A stretch of DNA of 58,483 nucleotides, the filler included, from Sphacelaria rigidula (lineage: Eukaryota), in the NCBI GenBank assembly GCA_964200075.2. It is 9 parts of 9 records of this genome, joined end to end, with 100 filler letters (N's around TTAATTAATTAA, not from the genome) between each part and the next. Parts side by side here need not be neighbours in the genome. Positions count along the whole stretch, not along the records: positions 32,548 to 38,956 come from CAXNAA020020249.1; positions 39,057 to 45,465 come from CAXNAA020020250.1; positions 45,566 to 51,974 come from CAXNAA020020251.1; 6 more parts are not named here. One strand, 5' to 3'. Position numbers and translations under genes: made by a program. Positions 38,076 to 48,582 of the stretch are shown here, one piece after another. The notes below the pieces were generated by a model. The model was given only the letters and a program-made list of their open reading frames with translations. It did not search any database and had not been told where the DNA came from. Each line of letters opens with the position of its first letter. The first letter of the stretch is position 1.

Positions 38076-40059
38076 GTCTTCATCGGTGCAGTCCTATTCA
38101 CCAGCAGCTTGTGTTCGAGAGTCCCGTGTGCAGTACTATCCACGCAAATAATATCGTTTGAGTGATTGGATCGTTCAAATGGCGGCAGCGTTCATCACAC
38201 CCGGGTGGCCAGAATGGTTCAAACGACTGCGGGTTTGAACGGGTTCACCGAGATCAAATCCGGACAGACTCATATTGTCTTACTTCAGTACACAGAACGG
38301 ATGTCCGTCGTGAAAGGCGCGGGGAAGTAGGTGGTTGAATGAGCAATGCGGTGAAATTCGACGGGCTGCCGGCGTGCTGATCCGCTGGTCGATCCCGGAT
38401 TTGCTAGGCGAAGATCTGGGGAGAGAAATGTGGATCCCTCAAGACTGCGGATCAGTCTCGGCGAAGGGGAGAGCTTCAAAATATGTGATACTATGCTCAT
38501 AGTTGTTTTCTGGTAAAGGACAACGGTAGAAAGAGATCCCGTTTTGCGTGTGCTCTTCCTGGAGAGGGCAATATCCTTCCACGCTTTGTCGCACAGTTCA
38601 TAGAGTACCCTGTATGACGCAAGAAAATGCCGCCTCTTGTGCGGTATTGTTTCTGGCTTAACGGTTGGGGATGAAGCTTTCAGAACCTCTCCGGAAACGT
38701 TGGTCGAACAGGTCAGTGTGTTTCCGGGTGTGATTGAAGTTCCTTGAAAACATGCATAGCAACTTATCCCGAAATCTAACGCCATACTACCGCATTCTTG
38801 GATGAGGATTAAGGATACGTGTTCCAGATCCAGCTGCGTGTCCCCGTCGGGGTTTATTACGGCGTTTCACCAATGAGTCATGCTACGATTGGGGGAAGGG
38901 GGGTGCAATCATGATCACGCATGCCATAGTCATACGACCATTGACCTCGCATCCCTNNNNNNNNNNNNNNNNNNNNNNNNNNNNNNNNNNNNNNNNNNNN
39001 TTAATTAATTAANNNNNNNNNNNNNNNNNNNNNNNNNNNNNNNNNNNNNNNNNNNNCGGGACGAAGCACGCCAGGTTCTCGCCGGACCAGGCTGGAGGGG
39101 GGAGGGGGGGGGAGGGGGGGAGCATCGAGAATCGTACGGGACGGAAATGCGTTCCCGTCGCCTCCCGTCCTCACACGAAAATTCCCGATATTTTCGCACG
39201 GGAGTTCCTGTCAGCAGGACGGGAATTCCCGGGCAATCTCATGGGAGCTGGATTACATATCTACACGCGTGAGTTGCGAGAGCTTGGTTTTGATTGTCGG
39301 GTTCCGGTCCTGCCCGCAGTTCATGTTCAGGTCCTACACGAAAGGATGAACGGTCGCGATTGTCGCAATTTCCGGGTACAACACCCGAGAACAGTTACAT
39401 TGTCTCGAAATGGCGACGGCAGCCGCCGATACAGCGCATTGTTTCTTCGGCGACGGCAAATCGGTCTCGCCTAGTCTCCAAGTCCCGTGACGCTCACATT
39501 AAAATTAGAGAGTGAAACCTGTCCAGTAGAAGATAGCTTGATTGTCGCACATCGACTGGCCCACCATGGATCCAACCGTGGCCGTAAGACAGGTGTACAC
39601 AACGTAACTACGAAGTACATCAGTATGTGGACCTATATCATGTACCCCCAATACAAAGCAATTTTGATCTGTATCGATATAAAATATGTGTTTTGTGTGT
39701 ACACAGCCTTTGTAAGCGTTAGGCTTCATTATGCGGCAGTCGCTTGAACAAAGCATGGTGATCTAAGCACTGAGAAGTATGTTTGCTTCCTTGATACACC
39801 AACACCAGCACGGTACTACTCTGTCGCGGTTCACCCACCGTATTCAGAGTTATTGCCGATGCTGGGGATGGGTGTCATTCATCAGCCCATGCCGATCTTT
39901 TCAGCCCATCTCGATTGATATAGTGATTTACATCACACAATATAAATCATCATATCAGGTAGATTTTGGTGCCTATATCGTGATATTTCATCATGTATAA
40001 ATATTATGTCGGGTTGATTTTTTGCCCCATGTGCATCCCTAGCCGATGCTGATGCTGAA

Positions 40060-41235
40060 TCAAGTCACCACATTGACGCCCTCGACCGTGTGAGCCACAG
40101 CAGCCGTCGCTGATCTCACCGTATCGCCGGTAGTGGGCCAAACATGATGTACCACGCTGGCCGCGGTGCTCGCGGCGCTCTTCGCTGCATTTACTCCCAT
40201 CGCCGCCACGCTCCCTGCGGTAGCCGTCGCGAAGTTCACCGCATCGCCGCTCGTGGCCTAAACATGATGTACCACGCTGGCCGCGGTGCTCGCAGCGCTC
40301 TCTGCTGCATTTACTCCCATAGCCGACATGCTCTCTGCGGTAGCCGTCGCGGAGTGGTGAAACACTTTTCGCCCACGAGCGGCGATGTGATGAGATCCAC
40401 GACGGCTACCGTGAGGAGCGTGACGGCGATGAGAGCAATAGTACCAGAGAGCGCTGCGAACACCGCCGCCAGCGTGGTAGATCATGTTCGGGTCACGAGC
40501 AGCGATGCGGTGAACTCCGCGACGGCTGCCGCGGAAAGCGTGGCGACGATGGTAGTAGATGCAGCAACGAACCACACGAGCACCGCGGCCAGCGTGGTAC
40601 ATCATGTTTGGGCCACCACCGTCGATGCGGTGAGACCAGCGACAGCTACTGCGGCTAGCGCGGTCGGGGGCGTCAAGGTGATAACTTGTGGATCAAGTCA
40701 TCACCTTGATGCCCTCGATCGCGCTAGCCGCAGTAGCCGTCGTTGATTTCACCGCATCGCCGGTTTTGACCCAAACATGATCCAAAACCCTGGCCGCGGT
40801 GCTCGCGACGCTCTTTGCTGCTTTCATTCCCATCACCGCCACGCTCCCTCAGGCAGCCGTCGCGAAGTTCACCGCATCACCGTTCGTGACCCGAACATGA
40901 TCTACCACGCTGGCTGCATTGCTCGCGGCGCTCTTTGCTGCATTTACTCCTATCGCCGTCATGATCCCTGCGGTAGCCGTCGCGGAGTGGTGGAGCACCA
41001 CTTAGCCGTGAGCGGTGATGTGATGAGATCCACGACGGCTACAGTAGAGAGCATGACAGCGATGAGAGCAACAGTAGAAGAGAGCGCCGCGAGCACCGCG
41101 CCCGCTTGGTAGATCATGTTTGCACCACCGGCGGCGATGCGGTGAGATCAGCGACGGTTACAGTAGAGAGTGTGGCGGCGATAGGAATGAACGCAGCAAA
41201 GAGCGCCGCGAGCACCGCGGCCAGCGTGGTACATG
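40060..41235. repeat. Two tandem ~630-bp foldback palindromes built from ~120-bp units
   Basis: Unit AACATGATGTACCACGCTGGCCGCGGTGCTCGC.. occurs forward at 40141, 40261, 40774 and 40894, and inverted in 40375-40688 and 41005-41235. The second palindrome is truncated. Confidence 0.88.
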
Positions 41236-41488
41236 TGACGCCCGCAGGTTGGCTAGTACTGCAGCATCTAATGCTGTTGAGGGGCTTCCCAGTTCCACTG
41301 GCCTCAGGTTTCAGCTGTTAGCCTTCACAACACCTTTTATTATCCTGGAGTGCCACACAGGCACATACGCTCCATAAACCACATCAGGGTATCACCCCTG
41401 TGTCCATGTCATAATCCATATAATCACTACAGATCCCAAGTCATCATCCATATCATCACTATATACTCAACGTGACGGCGTGATTTCG

Positions 41489-44400
41489 TCACAGCACCCC
41501 CAAAGCGCGTTTGCCGAGAATCGAGCAACAAGCTTGACACTCAGAAAAATGACGCCAAAACGATTGAGCAAGTCGCAACTGAATATCAAACTCACGCGTA
41601 ATGCGAGCAGCAATAGAATGAGTCACTCGCGCCTTACGCAACTCCTTTCTGAGAAATTCCGGAGCAGCCTCAAAAATATTTTCAAAATGCTCCCACGTAC
41701 GCTCCTCGACTTCAAAACCAACCCAGTCGACCAACACGATCAACGAACGATCCTCTGCCTCTGCCACGCGAACGATCTCAGCCATCTGAAATTGCCCCTG
41801 GTTGAAGACGTGCTGAAACACATCCTTCACGTCTGCCGTTACATTAAGCTGTGAGTCTACATGGGCGGTCTGAACACGACCCGGAACAATGTTTTGGATC
41901 TCGAACACATGCGAGTGATGAGCTCCAACCATTCTCCACGGACCAGTCCACGTCGCCATCAATTTAGTCGTAACTCCTGGGCGACGCACGCGTGCATACT
42001 CAACATAATCGCCCACATCGAAATTCGGCACTTCCAGCCCCGACGAAAACCCCTCACGTCTACGCGTACGTTAAGCGGCAACACGCTCCTGCACTTGAAC
42101 GTGGAAACTTTCCTGCAACTCCAAAACTCCTTGCAACGCAAGCTTCAGTTGCGCATCGTATAAGACATCACAGTTCCACTCCCCCACCGATGAGGACGCC
42201 AACACCGAGGAAGACGTCCGAGGTGCACGACCAAACATCACGTGATACGGCGTACTATCGTACCGACGGCGATAATGTGCTGTATTTAACGCTCATTGCA
42301 CCGCGAGCAACACGTCCACCCGCTCGGTCACCTCTCGACGCTGCTCGAGAAGAATAGATCGAAGAGCACGGACTACTTCCGTGACCATGCGCTCGCACGT
42401 GCCGTTAGACCACGGAGAATATGCCACCGCAAACCGGTGATCAACGTGTAGCGCATGTCGCAAGCGCGGGTCAAGATCGTGTTCTTGGAATGCCTGGCGG
42501 TATCACTCACCCACACACTCGGCACCCCCAAAGTTTTGCACCAATTCAGCAAAGATGCAGCGGTCGATTCGGCAGTACACACTGCTACTGGTTCCAGAGC
42601 CACAAAATTACTCAAATTATCCATGATTACCAAAATGTATCGAAGCCCAGCATCCTTCGACGAACCTTGGGAAGCTAGCGGGCCACTCTCGCCCACATAC
42701 AAGAAGTCATAATGAACGACTTCATTCGGCGTGGTCCCATGCAGCGTTTAACCGAGCGGGCGGGAAACAACATCACCCGTCCTCGAATCAGCACAGTGAA
42801 GACACTGTCGGACAAACTCGCGCACCTGAGTTTCCATTCCCTGCCAAACACAAAACTCTTCCGAGCGCACGAGCGCGTCGCAGTCAGATCGCGATACCCG
42901 GCATCGCGCATGTGTGCACAAATCATCAAACGTATGTGCAATTGTTTGTCGGAGCTGGGAATCCACAGCACGTTTCGGCCACGTACATGTACATGAAACA
43001 AACCTTCATTGTCCAAAATCGCAATACCAACATCCGACTCAAAGAACTGCATATCCACATCAGTGGCCCCAAGTTCTTTCCGTTGAGCTTGGCGGACCAC
43101 AGGTTTCGACGGCATGGAATCACCCACTTCACACGGACCAGATACAATCACAGCTCGCGCGAGCATGGTGGGAATATTGACCCAACGCGAGAGCAAGTCA
43201 CCCCACGCGTTACGTTCCCCCGAAATATGACAAATCGTGTACCGATACTGGCCTAATACACCTTTCCATTCCTCCAATCGCTTTGCCAACGCCTTCGACA
43301 AAGACGTCACGCATGCCTCCGGGTTGAAAATGTACGCTAGATTTCGGTGATCCGTGAAGAGGTGCACGCCATTCCACAATAGATGCTCGAGACGACGAAA
43401 AGTGCTCACGATAGCAAAATCTTCCTTGTCAATGGTTCCCCAACGCATCTGTGAACCCTTGAAATCACCACTAAGAAAAGCCAGCGGTTCATGCGTCAAG
43501 TCTTCAACCGGCAACCGTTGTTGCATTTCTGCATCAGGCACCTGCGTTACAAAACTACCCCAATGATACTCGGATGCATCCGGAAACATCAGCACCTGGC
43601 AACCGGGACGGGGATCGAACAGCGTCATGGCATGAGCCACCAGATCCTTCGCTTTCGCCCATGCCTGCAGCCTGTCCTCCGTCCACGATGCGGGCGGAAT
43701 AACGCGGTTTTTGGCCACCCACTTCGTGCGCCTTGCGGCCCCCACCATGAGTTTTTCTAGGAAAACGCGCAAGGGGGCCACTACTTCGGCCATACGTGGC
43801 AACGCGGTACACAACCAGTACATTGCGTGCAGGAATTGCATTAGTTCTTCTGCTTTCTGGACGCCACATGTAAGGCAAACCTTGCAAGCAGACCGGGTCG
43901 TACGAGACGCGGCCGCGTGAATATACTTTCCCACACCACACTAATTCACTAGCAAAAAATGTACACTTGTGGGCAGCCGCAAACAGACCAACACTCTCGA
44001 AGCAAGCCAAGATTACATCAAGCGTATATCCAACAATTCGTCTTCCGTATCCGCGAAGAAAAAGACATCATCCACCCAAATCTTACATTTTAAGCCATCT
44101 GAAAGGTTTACCATGGCACCTTGAAAATAGGAAGTAGCATTCAATACGCCTTGCGGTACTCGTTGCGGGGTAAACATGCCAAACGGAGTGGTGATGGTGA
44201 GTATCTCTTGCGCCTCTTCGGCCAACGGCATCTGCCAGTACCCCTGTAGGAGGTCCAACTTACCGAAGCATGGCGCACTCAACAGGTCTATCATGTCGGA
44301 TTCCTGATTGGGCATGACACCCGGCGGCTTCTCCACCTGATCATTGACGGCTCCGTAATCGCTGACAAGACGGGAAGAGTCCTTCTTCGGCATCGTCATC

Positions 44401-45348
44401 GCTGGACTGGACCACACCGCCTGTAGATTCCTGAACACCAACCCAAACGCCACAAGAGCTCCCATGCAAGAAGCTAACCAACTGGACTTTACCGGATCAT
44501 ACCTCCTCGGGTTTGCCTTCACCGCGGCCGCCCCTGGCTTCAGTGTAATCCTCATGGGTTCCACGCGCGCAGGGGGATCACCCATCAGCGCACGACGAAA
44601 CGCGTTAACGTGGTGATACAATATGCCACGCAAGCGCGCGGCGTTTGAGACGTTCAGGCCATTTGCCACAGCATCCGTCACGCTTTCCTCCGGCGCAGCC
44701 GTTTGCACGGACTCCTCTTCTGCCAGCTCCACAAACATATCGGGGCCACGCTCCACCAAGCGTTCCACCGCCTCATCACGCTCCTCGGACACCTGCCCCC
44801 CCGCCTCCTGGAGAGTCTCAACCGACAAGCTCACTCAGCGACTGGCCGAAAAAGCAGGCGTCTCGACACTCGAACCGGGCGAAAGCATTTGCGTTTTTAG
44901 GGACTCTAACAGCCGATCATATGGATCGACTCCGTGTTACCCAAGCGTCGGTCCCAAGCGTCGGTACGCCCAACAGAACGACACCATCTGTCTCCGGCAT
45001 GATCGCAAACGATATCGGGGGTAATTTCGCTGGCCCCCACGTAGTCCTGAACGCCAAGTGTAGGGGAATCGTACGCTCCGTGGCATTTACACGTTGCCTT
45101 GATGCGGTGATGGCCTGCCGCGCCCCGAGCAAGAACGGAATGCGGATTTGCTCACCAGGGAGTAGACGCTCCAGCATCTCCACAATCAGCACCAACACGC
45201 TCGTGAAATGGGCGCCTGAATTCAACACAGCGTTGACCGATATGGCTCCCCGCGCCCGTTGATTTGGGAGATATAACTCTGGAGGAATATATATTTCTTG
45301 ACACTCGACCGGCACCTGCTCCACCGACTGATTTGTCGTGATCCCCAC
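41489..45348 (-). mobile_element. Degenerate Ty3/Gypsy LTR retrotransposon pol with chromodomain
   Basis: Order PR (VLNSGA) 45348-44917; RT (LDLLQGYWQ, PQGVLNA, WVDD) 44834-44013; RNase H (FPDAS, DHRNL) 43934-43150; integrase Zn finger and core 42966-42373; GPW motif and chromodomain (VLVDWVGFEVEERTWE) 42031-41489. Many frameshifts. A G-rich tract then TGTGAC at 41493 suggests the 3' LTR start. Confidence 0.93.
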
Positions 45349-45689
45349 TTGACGCCACGGCTACGGGTGCGGCGCAGGCATAGACGCCCCCGCTGGGGTA
45401 ACCGGCACCGCCGGCGGGTACGAAGCCCCGCCCGCAGAACCAAATTGCAGCGGTACTCCGGCCGANNNNNNNNNNNNNNNNNNNNNNNNNNNNNNNNNNN
45501 NNNNNNNNNTTAATTAATTAANNNNNNNNNNNNNNNNNNNNNNNNNNNNNNNNNNNNNNNNNNNNCCCCCCCCCCCCCGGTATCGATCGAAGGCACTTGC
45601 GGACGGTACTTCCCTAGGGTTTTTGTCGCATACTGGCTAGCCTCCTCAAACCTCATTTCATTGATCAACCTCATTTTTAGAACCCCCTG

Positions 45690-47270
45690 TTATATGTTGT
45701 GTCATCAATATGTCAAATCTCGCGACATGCAATATATATCGACCGAACAATATATCATGACACAAACCGCGTCGATATATATCGGCCAAGTAATATGTTG
45801 GTGCGGTAAGGCACTAATATATATATATATATATGTGTCGAGTAATATATTGGCTATCACACGAGGTCAATATGTATTGACGATTGAATATATTTAACAC
45901 CCGAAGTGCCAATATATATTGCTGCCCCAATATGTCGTACGCCACTGCGTCCAATATATATTGGGCGGACAATACACGAGGGAACGGACGGTCACGATAC
46001 GTATCGGTGTAGCAATATATTATACACATATTGATTTTCAACATATAGATAGGAAATATTATTGAAATTAGTATGGTGCTGGGAAGTTCTATTTTCGCGG
46101 GCGCCATTGAGAGATGTATCACCACATGCCGAAAATGCTCAATATATTCCTCCGCGAGTGTGTTCAATATATATTGGCTGCACAATAGCTATGCGATGAG
46201 CGTGCGCAATATATATTGGGAAAACAATACCTTTACATGATTTGCGTTCAATATATATTTATTATAGACACTTCAATACATACACGACCGGCATGCACAA
46301 TATATATTGAATGTCTTGTTCCCGGAGCAAAAGCATGTCCAATATATATTATCATGAATTACTTCACGATCATGACACGAGAAGCATATGTTGTTGCTCC
46401 AATGTCTCCGAGGACATCTCAACATACTACATATTGAAAAGACAATATTTGCGCTGTCTCCGTTACAAAGTATTGGTATTATGTAGGAACATATTGTGTT
46501 GTCCAGTGTATAATAAGCAACACAGCACCGGTGACCACAGGGGTACCAAAAGACGCCTATCGACCCGCGTTTTCTGTCGTCGGGATGTTTACCGAAGGTA
46601 TATTACATGCTGTGAAGGGGATGGGAGGCCCCATACCTGTGGTCAAATAGGTATCAGAAGGCATATATACCGGGTCGCCTCTTCTACCACCACATTTTCT
46701 GACCAGTAGATATATATATATATATATATATATGTATATGTATATCAAACTAAATCGACACCTCTTCGTAGCAATGCACGCGAACTTCTGCGGCTCCTTT
46801 CGAAGCTTTTCCCAATCTGCACGGACTCCGGCATCCACCGCGTCTAGATCTTTCTCGAAGTGTACACCATACCTATAATATATCCGATATGTGTTGATCC
46901 ACTAATACATTGGCATCCACGCAGACCCAATATATATTGACCGGTTAATATGTTATCACCGATGCGACCCTAATGTATATTGCTCGTGCAATATGCCGTC
47001 GCCCATACTGCCCCAATATGTATATCGATAGGACATAAGTGTTCAACCCCACGGCATCAATATATTTTGGGCGGGCAATATGTATGCAGTCCCACGACAT
47101 CAATATATACTGGGCCCGCAATGCGTGTGCAGTCCAAGGATACCAATATATATATATATATATATTACGCCGGTAACATACCGCAATATTCCAATACGAT
47201 CGACTTATAAATATTGAAAACATATTGTTTTGTTCAGGGTGTGCTCTTTTCGACAACAATACACCTGCGA
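45690..47270. repeat. AT-rich region with recurrent CAATATATATTG-type motifs
   Basis: Dozens of imperfect CAATATAT/ATATATTG motifs separated by short variable segments; probably a decayed transposon. Confidence 0.6.
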
Positions 47271-48582
47271 TATTGACTCATCCTGGAGAAGTTGGTGATG
47301 CCTGATGTCATTTTTTTGAAATCTTCGCTCTCCTCCTTTTGGGGGCATATTACGTCGTCGTCGTGTCGTTCCAGTCACGTCGCCTGGCTCCGCCAACCCT
47401 AGCTCGATAAATGCGCCGCTCGGGTGTGCCTGGGGCGCAGGCTCTGCTCTCATCCGGCCCGAGCAGTCCTCCCGACGCGTCAGTCCCGGGATGTTTAACT
47501 TCAGATGCGGTCTGAACGCACGCGGTCCGAACAACACGTATTACACCGTACAACCTCGAGCAAACCATACATGTGGGCGTCGCGATGAATCATTGGACGC
47601 GGTCAGTATGAAATGGGGAACACTTCGATTATCTAATGGCCTGAAATTCGTTACCTTTAAATGCATTGCTCAACAGTTCAGGACACTTTTTTGTCTTTAG
47701 TACTGCATTCTTGGTGGCTGTGGGTGGGGATGCCAATGCTGCCAACGGTGAAGATCTTTTGATCGCACGTTTTGCTGCGGGCCAGTGTTGCAACGTAATA
47801 TTTCACATCTGTTTAAGGTATGCTATGATATCAGTGCAATCAGATAGATGCACGTGGCATTAAGCGATGTGAAACGACTTCTTCGGGGGCATTATTTCTC
47901 AGCATGAGATATAGAGCAGGGTTTAGGCAATCATTTAATCGAAATCCGGGGCGTGTCCTTCAAAGTATTCGTGTCGTATCGTCCCGTTTTTTGAGTGCCG
48001 TGTGGTTTCCATCGTTCGCTTTGCTGAAGCTTCACAGCGTGGTGTAATTCCGTCTTCAGGGACAATTGCTCGGTAAACAGGTGAATCTCGTTTTCGTGCT
48101 TGTGGCTTTGCTTAGCGTTATTTCGGCTACATAATGCTCACACACGATCGTCTTCGTACATTTCAAATAAATCGATTAATTATCATTCAGCCACGTCGCA
48201 CATCACAGCTGCATAATTGCCAGAAAGCCTGTAGCTTTTGTCCATTCGCTTTCAGTGAAAATGTCGTCCACGACTCAGGTTTATCTAGTGCTTATTTTCA
48301 TCCAGGCCGACGTGTTTATGTTGTACGCAACATGCGTTCCATTTCCCTAGCAAGTGTCGCGCTCACCACAGAGATGACGGTTCCCTCCACTTGTTTGTTG
48401 ATGCATGCGGTAGCTCTTGATAACCTGGACCCGGCGTGAACACCGGGTCCCATCTCGGCAATATTTGAACGATAATACGGATAAAAAGCCGTGTTGTGAT
48501 GCTGTCATTCCCGCCATGCAATAAAGCTTACGGGCGCGAAGTTATCCCAGCAACGTTTCAGTTCTTTTGTCGTGTGTTTCAG

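Noticed and set aside
39486..39493. Far end of the Gypsy 3' LTR
   Set aside because: CGTGACG only partly matches the expected TGTGACG and may instead be the end of a separate CGGGA/TCCCG-rich repeat, so the LTR boundary is left undefined.
40144..41321. Repeat-protein ORFs of 200, 115 and 111 aa
   Set aside because: They arise from the GC-rich palindromic array, with the same peptide on both strands and no splice or domain support.
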